Below, piece after piece: positions 28,687 through 38,846 of a DNA stretch of 59,084 bases. How positions within the stretch are numbered: position 1 is the stretch's first letter; each line of letters begins with the position of its first letter. The notes below the pieces were generated by a model, which was not told the origin of the DNA, ran no database searches, and was given only the letters and a program-made list of their open reading frames with translations. This stretch comes from an uncultured Chitinophaga sp. Lineage in GTDB: Bacteria > Bacteroidota > Bacteroidia > Chitinophagales > Chitinophagaceae. Both the position numbers and the translations under genes were made by a program. The stretch lies in NCBI GenBank assembly GCA_964592935.1, contig CAZQGZ010000001.1, positions 1-59,084 of the forward strand, read 5' to 3'.

Positions 28687-31600
28687 TTATTCCTTTTGCA
28701 TTTTGATTTGCGGAGGCGGTGTTTCAACTTCCAGCTGTTCTTTTTCAAATTTTTCCAGCATATCCAGGTAGTCTTTTAACAGGATGTCCGTTTTCTTCGG
28801 ATCGAATTCCTCATCCCAGTGTACACCGGTGGCATCATGACTGCAGGAATAATCTTTTGGATTCAGAGAATATGGTCCCGCCACGCCTAGATAAAATCCT
28901 TCGTCATCTGTAAAAGAGATCTTGTATAAATAAAATTTCTGCTGCTGGCCTTTATACATCGTAGTTCGTTCGCCCACATAAGAAAGAACATTTACTTCGT
29001 AATCATCCTCATTGGCATATTCAAACAGCTTGCTTTTGCCCAATTCTCTTTGCGAAAGAAAATGTGCCGGGAAAAGATTCAGTTTATTGATTCGTTTCAG
29101 TTCTTCATAAAGCCGGTGCCGGTATTCATCCGTACCCGCCAGGGCCAGGATGGTGAGACTGTTACCTGGTTTATTATTCTCCAGCATAGCGATCAGGGTA
29201 GCAAAACGGATTTCCATCTGATCGATCTTCGAGAACCTGGTCAGCAGGTTGCCGGATTCCGGTGAATTGATAAAGCCAAGCAGGCGAATCAGATCCGTAT
29301 AATAATAACTGTTTTCTTTAATGTCATCCTTATTATGATCCAACGCATTTTTGGCTGTCCCGGTAATATATTGTCCATAATCCTGTAACGTTTTTTTATC
29401 CAGGAGATTACTATCCAGCAGGGACACCGTAATGCCGCAGATCATTCTCCACATGGATTCATTGCCGGCCAGTTTCAGAACTTCCGGGTACAGGGTCGCT
29501 GTCAATTCCAGTGAATCATACAGGGAATGCGGGACATAGGGTTGTTTGCCGAGCGTAACCGGGTATTTTGTCAGGCATTCTTTCAATACAATATAAGATT
29601 CGGCCGTCTTAATACCGGATAAAAAGGAAACGACCATTGGTTTTACATATTCATCTTCTGACCGGATGGAAGAATAATTGTTTTTAATGAAACCCGCTGT
29701 TGTTCCTGCGCTGTCTAGTTCATTTAATTTGTCGAGGATCTTCCTGTTCAGGTGACCATAAAAGCCGGAATCAAAATCCGGGTAAATTTTGAAAAACATT
29801 TTTTGCAGGGCAGGAAGATCTGCCCTGGTAATAGCAAGATAATCCCACCATCTTTTTACATCAAGGGCTGTTTTTTTATCCGCGTTTTCCAGGACTTCTT
29901 CCAATGCTTTCATTTTTGTAATGGTCCGGTCTTCCATTGGCTTTTCCTGTAAGATCTTAAACCCATCGAAATAACGGTCGTATTTACCAGGCAGGTCCTG
30001 GGCCGCCAGGTGACCGAAGACATCATAGAGTACATTTCCATTCAGGACAAGTTTTACCTTCTTGATTAGATGATTGCCGGGTTTGATGACCTCAAAACTC
30101 GCCGTCTTAGTTTGGCCGGATGTCTTTACTGTATACCCTGCAATGGAATCATTCCAGGATGCATATTCCCGGGCTCTCATTCTCAAAAAACCCGTATCGC
30201 TTGCATACCATAACCAGCCGGGCAATATTGTTTTATCCACATACATCGTAACGGCAGCAAGTGAATCATACGTAATGAAACGGTTTGCCCCGGGATGAAT
30301 ATCATCATCTTCTTCATTTTCTTTTTCTTTGACCGATACCGGGGAAATCACACTGAAAGATCTGTCAGGAGAAACCATTTCTTTCCATTGGGGGTGTTGA
30401 TAAGGAAGCAACCTGAATGATCGCATAAACCTTTCCGCCAGCTCTCCCGCATTGCCGGAAGGGTCATATACGGAATAGAGGTAATAACCAAACCCGCCCC
30501 TTTCTACGGCGAGAATACTTGTCTCCAGGAATTCTCCTTCCGTCATTCCCTGTAAAGTGAGCTTGTATCCCGGGTAATTATTTATTGTTACAAATGACGA
30601 ATCCAACAATTTTGAATCTTTGAAATTATCTTTCAGCCTGTTTTTGATCCCGAGGAAATAAGCAGAATCATTTCCCGAGTCATACATTCCTTCTTTCATG
30701 GCAGATACCCTGACGCCATAAAAGATCTGCCCCTGCAGATCAAATGCCTGCCAGGTATATATTTTTTTCCCTTCCTCTGATACCACATCGGTGGTCTCTT
30801 TTGGTTTCAACGGCATTTCAAACGAAAAAGCCTGCAGCGGTTGATCCATCCTGCTCCATGTTTTTTCACCGGCAACAGGATTGGTGCGGATATTATTGTA
30901 TGTAAATGACTGAAAGAATTTATCTGTTTCACTTTCATTCAGCACTTTTTCGTTGAAAGCAAACACCGCGTTTATGACGATCCTTTCCAGCCCCGGAATA
31001 AAAACCTGCATCCGCATTTCACCCTCATCGGTACTCAGCCTGAATTCCTTCCCCGTAACACCATTAACCGTGATCATTTTATCTTTCACCGTACTGCCCG
31101 CTTTCGTATAACGTTGTTTAATTGCATTGAATAAACTGTCGGTTCCCAGTTTTTTTCTTGTTTCGGGTAATTCAATTCCCAATGTCATATACATTTTCAT
31201 GAAGGCGATATCAAAAAATGTATTGATACCAAGTCCCATGGATTCAAACAAATTCATCATTTCAGCTTCCCCGGGCATCCGGAGTGAATAGCTGCTGTCT
31301 TTTATATGAACTGGGTTCCAGCGGGTATCCACCACTTTTGAAATATATTTATCGGGATCCGTTTTTTTGGAAGAAACAACTGGGGTTACGGTAAAACCCC
31401 GGCTGCGCAATAACATGATCACGCCGGAATCACCGGGCAGGTGGGCCGCACCCACAGCAAATAATGTACTGCGGATCGCTGAAAGACTGTCCATCCGGCG
31501 CGCCATTTTCAGGTTCCGTTTTATCATGATATAATCTTTCTTCCCGTTTTGTTCCCGGTACATGTAGGTGTCAATGGAATCCAGCCGCTGGTTTGAATAA

Positions 31601-32238
31601 GTTTTTATGAATGTTTCAAGCCCGGTGCGGTAATACTGATCATCAAACAAAGCAAGCTGTATCTTATTTTCAATATCCTTGTTATCCATTTCCTCAAACT
31701 GGTCTTCCAGGTCCTCGATACCGCCAACCCACTTGCCCTGTTTACGCGCCTGTCCGAAAAGCCATCCATCCAAAAAAGTGGGCATTTCCCCTTTTTTGAA
31801 AAGATCGGCATTCAGTTTCGACTCCACATCATCAAGATCATCCACCGAAATATTTTCGGCTTTCTTATTGAATTTTTTTTCCAGTTGTTTTTTATACAGG
31901 TTCCAGGTTTCTTTATCTACCGCTTCTTTTACTTTAAGAGGTTCCCGGGCCGCTTTCTCTTCATTCTCTCTCATCATCCGGTTGATCATCTGTGTGCCGA
32001 TGCGGTTCATATCCAGTTCGGCGGCAAAACCCTCGGTTTGTTCCAGCGCCCGGTACACAGAATCTCCCAATTGAAATACTCTTTTATCGGTAAGATGCAT
32101 GGTTCCGAACAGGTACGACGGTTTTTGCAAACCATTCCCGGTAATGCGCCAGAGCAGGTTATTGGCGATCTCTTTATTCTGTCCATATAAAGACAGGTTT
32201 ATTGCCAGTATCAAAAAAATAATTACAATTTTCCGCAC
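28687..32238 (-). CDS. TraB/GumN (Tiki-like) family protein with long C-terminal extension
   Basis: LLWRITG..PSYLFGTMH, RNLKM, FAVGAAHLPG; probable GTG start. Confidence 0.85.
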   Translation of the reverse strand: MRKIVIIFLILAINLSLYGQNKEIANNLLWRITGNGLQKPSYLFGTMHLTDKRVFQLGDSVYRALEQTEGFAAELDMNRIGTQMINRMMRENEEKAAREPLKVKEAVDKETWNLYKKQLEKKFNKKAENISVDDLDDVESKLNADLFKKGEMPTFLDGWLFGQARKQGKWVGGIEDLEDQFEEMDNKDIENKIQLALFDDQYYRTGLETFIKTYSNQRLDSIDTYMYREQNGKKDYIMIKRNLKMARRMDSLSAIRSTLFAVGAAHLPGDSGVIMLLRSRGFTVTPVVSSKKTDPDKYISKVVDTRWNPVHIKDSSYSLRMPGEAEMMNLFESMGLGINTFFDIAFMKMYMTLGIELPETRKKLGTDSLFNAIKQRYTKAGSTVKDKMITVNGVTGKEFRLSTDEGEMRMQVFIPGLERIVINAVFAFNEKVLNESETDKFFQSFTYNNIRTNPVAGEKTWSRMDQPLQAFSFEMPLKPKETTDVVSEEGKKIYTWQAFDLQGQIFYGVRVSAMKEGMYDSGNDSAYFLGIKNRLKDNFKDSKLLDSSFVTINNYPGYKLTLQGMTEGEFLETSILAVERGGFGYYLYSVYDPSGNAGELAERFMRSFRLLPYQHPQWKEMVSPDRSFSVISPVSVKEKENEEDDDIHPGANRFITYDSLAAVTMYVDKTILPGWLWYASDTGFLRMRAREYASWNDSIAGYTVKTSGQTKTASFEVIKPGNHLIKKVKLVLNGNVLYDVFGHLAAQDLPGKYDRYFDGFKILQEKPMEDRTITKMKALEEVLENADKKTALDVKRWWDYLAITRADLPALQKMFFKIYPDFDSGFYGHLNRKILDKLNELDSAGTTAGFIKNNYSSIRSEDEYVKPMVVSFLSGIKTAESYIVLKECLTKYPVTLGKQPYVPHSLYDSLELTATLYPEVLKLAGNESMWRMICGITVSLLDSNLLDKKTLQDYGQYITGTAKNALDHNKDDIKENSYYYTDLIRLLGFINSPESGNLLTRFSKIDQMEIRFATLIAMLENNKPGNSLTILALAGTDEYRHRLYEELKRINKLNLFPAHFLSQRELGKSKLFEYANEDDYEVNVLSYVGERTTMYKGQQQKFYLYKISFTDDEGFYLGVAGPYSLNPKDYSCSHDATGVHWDEEFDPKKTDILLKDYLDMLEKFEKEQLEVETPPPQIKMQKE

Positions 32239-32261
32239 AAACGATTTTTTACCGGATGAAT

Positions 32262-33479
32262 TTATGACAATGATTTGGTAATTACGCAGCATGCTTCACT
32301 GATTTGCTCATCTGAAATAGTCAATGGAGGAGATATCCGTAAACAATTTGCAGCAAACAGGAACCAGTCAGTCAATACCCCGTTTGCAATGCAGGCATCA
32401 ATGACTTTTTTATTGGCTTCAAATGATTCAAACTCCAAAGCCATCCATAATCCAAATGAACGGATGGCTTTTATTTTGGGATGAGCCAATAACGAATGGA
32501 ATAATTTTTCTTTTGAAGAAACGGCATCAATCACGGAAACCGGAACTCCGTTCCGGTGATTGGACGGAATGGAGTTCCTTCCTCCGATGAGCACTTCCAT
32601 CGCCGCCATACCCGCCGCGCAGCAAACCGGGTGGCCCCCGAACGTGGTGATATGTCCCAGTACCGGGTTATTGGTAAAAGCATCCATCATTTTCTTATCA
32701 GCAATAAAAGCACCCAAAGGCATGCCCCCGCCTAACGCTTTACCCAGCAATAAAATATCGGGTACCATATCAAAATGTTCAAAGCCCCAGAGCTTGCCGG
32801 TTCTTCCAAAACCCGCCTGTATCTCATCAAGAATTAACAGGGTTCCGGTCTCTGTACATTTTTTCCGAAGGGCCTGTATCCACTCTTTTGAAGGAACTAT
32901 GATGCCTGCTTCGGCCTGCACGGTTTCTGCAATCACACAGGCTGTTCGTTCCGTAATATCATTCAATGATTCAAATGAATTGTATTCCAGGTGGAGCACA
33001 TCGGGTAACAGCGGGCGGAAAGCACTGCGCCAGTATTCATCACCCATGATGCTTAATGCCCCCTGCGTACTGCCATGATAAGATTTATTGAAAGCAACGA
33101 TCTGTGTCCGCCCCGTTACTCTTTTCGAAAGCTTCATAGCCCCTTCGGTTGCTTCAGCACCGGAATTAGTAAAGTAAACGGAGTTGAGCGACGCCGGTAA
33201 ATGTTCCGTCAGCAGTTTTGCATATTGCACCTGTGGTGTTTCTATAAATTCTCCGTACACCATAATATGCAGGTATGCTTCGAGTTGCTTTTGCATCGCT
33301 TCAATTACGTTGGGATGGCGGTGGCCAATATTGGCAACACTGACCCCCCCGATAAGATCAATATATTCTTTCCCGTCCACCCTATATAATGTACAACCTT
33401 CTGCTTTCACTATTTCGAGTGCAAGCGGTGTGGGTGAGGTCTGTGCAACATGACGAAGAAAAAGTTCCCGATGGGTCAT
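32262..33479 (-). CDS. class III PLP aminotransferase (acetylornithine aminotransferase-like)
   Basis: NSGAEATEGAMK, SYHGST, DEIQAGFGRTG, LGKALGGG; start MTHRELF. Confidence 0.93.
   Translation of the reverse strand: MTHRELFLRHVAQTSPTPLALEIVKAEGCTLYRVDGKEYIDLIGGVSVANIGHRHPNVIEAMQKQLEAYLHIMVYGEFIETPQVQYAKLLTEHLPASLNSVYFTNSGAEATEGAMKLSKRVTGRTQIVAFNKSYHGSTQGALSIMGDEYWRSAFRPLLPDVLHLEYNSFESLNDITERTACVIAETVQAEAGIIVPSKEWIQALRKKCTETGTLLILDEIQAGFGRTGKLWGFEHFDMVPDILLLGKALGGGMPLGAFIADKKMMDAFTNNPVLGHITTFGGHPVCCAAGMAAMEVLIGGRNSIPSNHRNGVPVSVIDAVSSKEKLFHSLLAHPKIKAIRSFGLWMALEFESFEANKKVIDACIANGVLTDWFLFAANCLRISPPLTISDEQISEACCVITKSLS
32542..32578. repeat. palindrome embedded in-frame in the aminotransferase gene
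   Basis: GGAACTCCGTTCCG-9 nt-CGGAATGGAGTTCC (14-bp stem, one G-T pair). Confidence 0.75.
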
Positions 33480-33516
33480 ATGACAAATGTCGGAAAGAAA
33501 AAAGGATATTTGTGAC

Positions 33517-33607
33517 TCACCGCAGAGAAGCAGAGAACGGGGAGATATCGCAGAGTAATTTTCAAAAACCCTGCGTAACCTATCTTGCCTCATATTCTCT
33601 GCGTTGA
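33517..33607. repeat. palindromic element (CGCAGAG family)
   Basis: TCACCGCAGAGAA ... TTCTCTGCGTTGA. Confidence 0.7.
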
Positions 33608-33623
33608 ATAAAATAATTATAAA

Positions 33624-34145
33624 ATGCCCGTCATATTACCCGTAGAAGATAAACATCCCCGGTTCGGCAACAACTGTTTCATTGCCCCCAATGCCACCAT
33701 TGTCGGTGACGTGATAACCGGTGATGATTGCAGTTTCTGGTTTAATACTGTTGTACGCGGTGATGTTAATTTTATCAGACTGGGCAACAAGGTAAACGTA
33801 CAGGACGGCGCCTGCATCCATTGCACTTACCGGCAATACGGAACCACGATCGGGAATAATGTTTCCATCGGTCACCACGCCATCGTGCATGGCTGCACCC
33901 TGCATGATGATGTGCTGATAGGTATGGGCGCCATTGTCATGGACAATGTAGTGGTACACAGTAACACTATCATTGCGGCCGGGGCAGTGGTGCTGGAGAA
34001 TACGGTTTGTGAAGCAGGCAGCATCTATGCGGGGGTGCCGGCCAGGAAAGTAAAGGACATTTCGCAGGAAATGATCAGCGGGGAGATCCACCGGATCGCC
34101 AATAATTATGTGAGGTATGCGGACTGGTTCAGGAATGAGTCTTGA
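33624..34145 (+). CDS. gamma carbonic anhydrase family protein
   Basis: Hexapeptide repeats, VRGDV, NVQD, HGC. Confidence 0.95.
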   Translation: MPVILPVEDKHPRFGNNCFIAPNATIVGDVITGDDCSFWFNTVVRGDVNFIRLGNKVNVQDGACIHCTYRQYGTTIGNNVSIGHHAIVHGCTLHDDVLIGMGAIVMDNVVVHSNTIIAAGAVVLENTVCEAGSIYAGVPARKVKDISQEMISGEIHRIANNYVRYADWFRNES

Positions 34146-34249
34146 GTCAGGAGTCGGGAGTTCGGAGCCAGGGACACTCTCAAATTCAAGGTTTTACTCT
34201 TTATTCATGATTGCTGACTCCAGACTAACGACTCCAGACTCCCGACTCT
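34136..34249. repeat. heptamer inverted array element (GAGTC family)
   Basis: TGAGTCT TGAGTCA GGAGTCG GGAGTTC GGAGCCA ... TGACTCC AGACTAA CGACTCC AGACTCC CGACTCT. Confidence 0.85.
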
Positions 34250-34319
34250 CAATTCGTAACTTTCCTATAGTATAAACAATTAATTTAATCTAACTTCGTT
34301 ACCATAATAGCTGTAAACA

Positions 34320-34532
34320 ATGAAAAACCTGCGATTCATAGCCTTTGCATTGAGCTTCACGATCTTAATGTCTTCCTGCAAGATGTTTGGCAAAGTATTC
34401 GGTGGGATATTTCCCAAAAAGGAAAAGTACGGTTGCCCGAGTAATGGTAAAAATGTAGGTGCTGAAAAGATCCTGAGCGGTGATCCAAAGGCAATGAAAG
34501 ATGTAAAAAAAGCAAAAAAGTTCCGCAGTTAA
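34320..34532 (+). CDS. small lipoprotein
   Basis: Lipobox MSSC; YGCPSNGKNVGAEK. Confidence 0.75.
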   Translation: MKNLRFIAFALSFTILMSSCKMFGKVFGGIFPKKEKYGCPSNGKNVGAEKILSGDPKAMKDVKKAKKFRS

Positions 34533-34599
34533 TTTATTGTTACTGTGCAGCTAAACATCATGTTATCCGGTCTTATGAATAAACCTAAACACCCTAACT

Positions 34600-34929
34600 A
34601 TGAGCCTAACCCTACGAACCAACCTTGGCTGTACCGAAGCCGTGATCGCCGATGACGGCGGATTAAAGCAGTTCTACCGTGTCGCCAACGTACTGAGCCA
34701 CGATTTTGACATCACCTTTTCCAACAAAGAAGATGATTTTGACACGATTGACTGGGAATTCCGGTTCAAAGGTCATAACCTCACGCTGCATTACAGCATC
34801 TACAACGGCATTTCCATTTTCCCCACCAAGACCCGTGATGCCATGAGCAAAGACAATAAAGCCGTGGTGGAACTGGCCAATGTACTGGAAGGAAAATTGT
34901 TCAACGAGGACAGGAGGAACATTGCGTGA
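34600..34929 (+). CDS. conserved hypothetical protein (DUF3630-like)
   Basis: Host-like codon usage; DFDTIDWEF..LTLHY. Confidence 0.75.
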   Translation: MSLTLRTNLGCTEAVIADDGGLKQFYRVANVLSHDFDITFSNKEDDFDTIDWEFRFKGHNLTLHYSIYNGISIFPTKTRDAMSKDNKAVVELANVLEGKLFNEDRRNIA

Positions 34930-34933
34930 AGAA

Positions 34934-34965
34934 AGCTGTTAGTTTTTAGCTGTTAGCCATTAGCT
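34934..34965 (+). repeat. heptamer array (TAGCYRT family), single arm
   Basis: AGCTGT TAGTTTT TAGCTGT TAGCCAT TAGCT; same unit as at 3743. Confidence 0.7.
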
Positions 34966-35075
34966 GATTCCTAAAAGTAATACTCTCATCCCTTTCCTGA
35001 GAATCCATTTATATCAATGCTGTTTCCTACGAAGCCACTTTCTCATTTCTTATTTCAAATCTCTTATTCCTTATT

Positions 35076-36002
35076 TCAGTAACTCTTTTCCTCAATCGAT
35101 TCCATAATCCCCAGATAGCTCACATACCGGTCTTCATGTATTTCACCATTGTTAACAGCCTCTTTTATGGCACACCCTGGTTCATAAAAATGAAGACAGT
35201 TGTTGAATTGACAATTATTTAATCTGTCACGCATCTCAGGAAAGTAGTGCGACACTTCCTGCTTTGAAATATCCACCAGCCCGAATTCCCGCATCCCCGG
35301 TGTATCAATTATTCTTCCTCCAAAAGGGAGATCATACATTTCGGCAAAAGTGGTGGTATGTTGCCCCTTACCGCTCCATCCGCTGATATCCTGTGTTTTT
35401 AAATTTATTTCCGGGAAAATAACATTCAGCAAAGATGATTTGCCAACGCCACTGTGACCACTGATCAGCGTGGTTTTGTCTTTTAATAATTGAATAACTT
35501 CATCCACTCCTTCTTTTTTTTCCGCACTTATCAGCAATACTTTATACCCAATGGATTCATACATCTGTTTCCATTGCTCATATTTTTCCATCTCTTTGTT
35601 CTTATACAGGTCTGATTTATTAAAAACAATAATAGCAGGCACATGATACATTTCAGAAGCCACCAGGAAACGATCAATGAAACCCTGCGATGTTTTGGGT
35701 TCTCTTAAAGTAGCCAATAGGACTGACTGGTCAAGATTAGACGCGATGATATGCTGCTGGTGTTTATGCCGGGGCGATTGCCGGTTGATATGATTATGCC
35801 GGTCCAGGATCTCAATGATCATAGCGGCATTTTCAGTATCTGCCTGCAATTCCATATCCACGATATCACCCACCGCCACCGGGTTGGTAGAAGTGATATC
35901 ATCCAGTTTCATCACCCCTTTCATCCGCGCATTCCGGAAATTGCCGGTTTCATCTTTCACCACATACCAGGAGCCGGTCGATTTGTAAACGGTTGCTTTC
36001 AT
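35076..36002 (-). CDS. rsgA: ribosome small subunit-dependent GTPase A
   Basis: NKSD, GHSGVGKSS, HTTT, DTPG, CQFNNCLH..EPGC. Confidence 0.97.
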   Translation of the reverse strand: MKATVYKSTGSWYVVKDETGNFRNARMKGVMKLDDITSTNPVAVGDIVDMELQADTENAAMIIEILDRHNHINRQSPRHKHQQHIIASNLDQSVLLATLREPKTSQGFIDRFLVASEMYHVPAIIVFNKSDLYKNKEMEKYEQWKQMYESIGYKVLLISAEKKEGVDEVIQLLKDKTTLISGHSGVGKSSLLNVIFPEINLKTQDISGWSGKGQHTTTFAEMYDLPFGGRIIDTPGMREFGLVDISKQEVSHYFPEMRDRLNNCQFNNCLHFYEPGCAIKEAVNNGEIHEDRYVSYLGIMESIEEKSY

Positions 36003-36047
36003 CAGCCACGAATTTCACTAATTAACACGAATAATATTTATCTATTA

Positions 36048-37058
36048 TCAGGGAAACTTTCTGAAGATGGTAAATTTCAGGAGCAACTCAAGAAATAAAA
36101 AGACCAATGCAGCGAACATAAACGGCAGATATCTTTCCTCATAACGCCTGAAAGATGTGATCTCAACTTTTGATTTTTCCAGTTTATCGATCTGGCTGTA
36201 AATATTTTTTAACCCGTCTTTATCTCTTGCCCGGAAATATTTTCCCCCGGTCCCGTTGGCAATCTTACGCAACAGTTCCTCATCGAGAAAATCGGCAGCG
36301 GGATTTTTTCTTCCGGCCAATTGATCATTTGTCCCGGGAACAACCGGTGCAGCGCTCATCCCGATCGTGTATACTTTCACTCCTTTTGACCGGGCGATCT
36401 CCAAAGCGGTCAGCGGATCGATCAGCCTGGTTTCAGGAGGATCTTCCTTACCATCAGTCAGCAAAATGATCACTTTACTGGCTGACCCGCTTTTTGATAG
36501 CCGGTCAACCGCAGTGGCCAGTCCCTCCCCGATCACGGTTCCATCAACCAGGTATTTCCTGCTTTCAAGTGATTGAATCTGGGTGATCAAAGTATTCCTG
36601 TCGGTAGTGATGGGACATTGCGTAAAACTTTCCCCGGAAAAGATGACTAACCCGATCCGGTCAACCAAGCGTCCGCGTACAAATTCTTCCGCCACTTCCT
36701 TCGCCACCTCCATTCTTGAAGGCAATATATCTTTGGAACCCATACTCCCGCTCACGTCCATGCACAACACGATATCAATACCCTCGCCTTCCGAATGTTG
36801 TTCATCATTTTTTTTCTGAGGCCGGGCCAGTACAATGACCAGGCAACTCAATGCCAGCAAACGAAAAATAAATGGCCCGTGACGGAAACGGTTCTTCCAG
36901 GAAGAAACGGCAAATGCATAAACGGAAGAAACCCGTACGGTTCCTTGCTGCCGGTTATACCTTTTAATATACCACCCGATCAAAAATGGCAACACAGCAA
37001 ACAACCCGAGGATATAAGGGTATGCAAAACTTGTATGTTTAAACCAGTTGTAGATCAT
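36048..37058 (-). CDS. batA: BatA-like VWA domain protein
   Basis: LARPQ, DVSGSM, DRIGLV.F, ILLTDG. Confidence 0.9.
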   Translation of the reverse strand: MIYNWFKHTSFAYPYILGLFAVLPFLIGWYIKRYNRQQGTVRVSSVYAFAVSSWKNRFRHGPFIFRLLALSCLVIVLARPQKKNDEQHSEGEGIDIVLCMDVSGSMGSKDILPSRMEVAKEVAEEFVRGRLVDRIGLVIFSGESFTQCPITTDRNTLITQIQSLESRKYLVDGTVIGEGLATAVDRLSKSGSASKVIILLTDGKEDPPETRLIDPLTALEIARSKGVKVYTIGMSAAPVVPGTNDQLAGRKNPAADFLDEELLRKIANGTGGKYFRARDKDGLKNIYSQIDKLEKSKVEITSFRRYEERYLPFMFAALVFLFLELLLKFTIFRKFP

Positions 37059-37090
37059 AACAGCTTTCCCCAAACCCTCTCCGGGAGGGC

Positions 37091-37966
37091 CTAAGAACCC
37101 GATTGTTCAACCATCTTTATTGTATTCAAAATAATTTCATAAACACCCATGTCATCTTCGCTTCCGGGAATATACTTTGCAAACTTTACAAAATCGCAAA
37201 GACGCAGCGCCCGGGAAAGTTTGTCGAATTGCTCTTTACTCAAATTCAGATCGCGCAGTTGCAAAACAAGATCAGCCGTTGTTTTTTGCAAAGACAGTAT
37301 TCCCTTTTTCCGGAAAATATACAGCCGGAAAATATCCGTGAGTTTTGAATAATATATTTTAGCTCCGGGTTTTTCCTGTTGCAAATGCGCCAGCTGATTC
37401 ATTGCCTCCCGGTAAGGATCTATCATCATGTCGGGTACCGTGATCATGGCAGGTTTTTTCTTCCGCAAAAAATATACTGCAACGGCAGACAGCAATAAAA
37501 CACCTCCGGCAATGATCCACCACCATGGTTTCTTTTGCGGAGGGGGTATTTCAATAATGTCTTTTATATCATGATAATCCCGGCTGGGATCGAATTCGGA
37601 AAAGACCACATCAATGCCAATAGTATCTGTACCAGGTATTGATCGTAAGGAAAATACCGGAATGACATGGTGTCCGGAATCAAAACTGGTTATTTTATAA
37701 ATTCCTTTGATAATCGTAGTCTTCCCGGAGTGGCTTGTGTCGATCATGGATTTACCCAAAAATTCAAAATGATCAATGCTATCGATCGGGTTAAAAAGAA
37801 TTTGTTCTCCATCCGGAAAGAAAGCTTGTATGGTGAGTTGCAGGGGTTCTCCGATCAGGATCTTTTTCTTATCAACAGTCGCCTGGATTGCCGGCCTGTC
37901 CTGTGTAAATGCAGATTTTGAAACAATTAATAAGATGTAAAAAAATATGAAGCGGGGAAAATTCAT
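37091..37966 (-). CDS. Bat-cluster membrane-anchored protein (BatD-like Ig domain)
   Basis: ILIGEP, ITSFDSG, TM segment, DFVKFAK; lies between DUF58 and batA. Confidence 0.8.
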   Translation of the reverse strand: MNFPRFIFFYILLIVSKSAFTQDRPAIQATVDKKKILIGEPLQLTIQAFFPDGEQILFNPIDSIDHFEFLGKSMIDTSHSGKTTIIKGIYKITSFDSGHHVIPVFSLRSIPGTDTIGIDVVFSEFDPSRDYHDIKDIIEIPPPQKKPWWWIIAGGVLLLSAVAVYFLRKKKPAMITVPDMMIDPYREAMNQLAHLQQEKPGAKIYYSKLTDIFRLYIFRKKGILSLQKTTADLVLQLRDLNLSKEQFDKLSRALRLCDFVKFAKYIPGSEDDMGVYEIILNTIKMVEQSGS

Positions 37967-37969
37967 TTT

Positions 37970-38842
37970 TCATCTGTTGCGGCTCAGCAGGAAACGCTGC
38001 AGCACTTTTACATAATCCTCGTTTGTTTTGATATGCAGCAGGTCGCAGCCTGCTTTCTTAAATGTTTGCGTGCAATATTCAGTTACCCGGAAAAATTCCT
38101 GCTGATAGCTGTGCCTCACAAAACCATCCTGGCTGTCCACCCACTTTGTCATATTATTTTCCAGGTCCTCAACCTGCAGCAACCCGGCAGTTGGTAATTC
38201 CATATCCATTTTATCATACAGTTTGATACCGATCACATCATGTTTCTTTCCGGCGATACGCAATGCATCTTCATAGTTGGCATCCAGGAAGTCGCTCAAT
38301 ATGAAAGCAATGCTTTTTTGTTTGGTAGCATTGGTAAAATGCCGGAGCGCCTTACTTACAGCCGTTCCTTTTCCCTTTGGTTCAATACTCAGCAATTCCC
38401 GCACGATATATAAAGCATGTTGCTTTCCTTTTTTGGGCGGTAAATAAGCCTCCACGGTATCGCTGTAAAAAATAACACCGATCTTATCTCCATTATTCAC
38501 TGCAGAAAAACTGATCACGGCCGCTATCTCAGTGATCAAATCCTTCTTTCTCGCCTGTACGGTTCCGAATAAGGAACTGTCGCTGATATCAACCAGCAGC
38601 ATCACGGTCAGTTCTCTTTCTTCTTCAAACACCTTACTGTAAGGATGGCCAAACCTTGCCGATACATTCCAGTCGATAAACCGGGTATCGTCACCCGGGG
38701 CATATTCTCTCACTTCCTTAAATGACATTCCTTTCCCCTTAAATGCACTGTGATATTCCCCGGTGAACAGATCACTGGTGAGTTTCTTGCTCTTAATTTC
38801 AAGCTCTCTGACTTTTTTCAGTATTTCAGTCGTAGTCAGCAT
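37970..38842 (-). CDS. DUF58 domain protein
   Basis: GEYHSAFKGKG, VREY.PGDD.R.IDWNVSAR, EEERE. Confidence 0.95.
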   Translation of the reverse strand: MLTTTEILKKVRELEIKSKKLTSDLFTGEYHSAFKGKGMSFKEVREYAPGDDTRFIDWNVSARFGHPYSKVFEEERELTVMLLVDISDSSLFGTVQARKKDLITEIAAVISFSAVNNGDKIGVIFYSDTVEAYLPPKKGKQHALYIVRELLSIEPKGKGTAVSKALRHFTNATKQKSIAFILSDFLDANYEDALRIAGKKHDVIGIKLYDKMDMELPTAGLLQVEDLENNMTKWVDSQDGFVRHSYQQEFFRVTEYCTQTFKKAGCDLLHIKTNEDYVKVLQRFLLSRNR

Positions 38843-38846
38843 ACCT

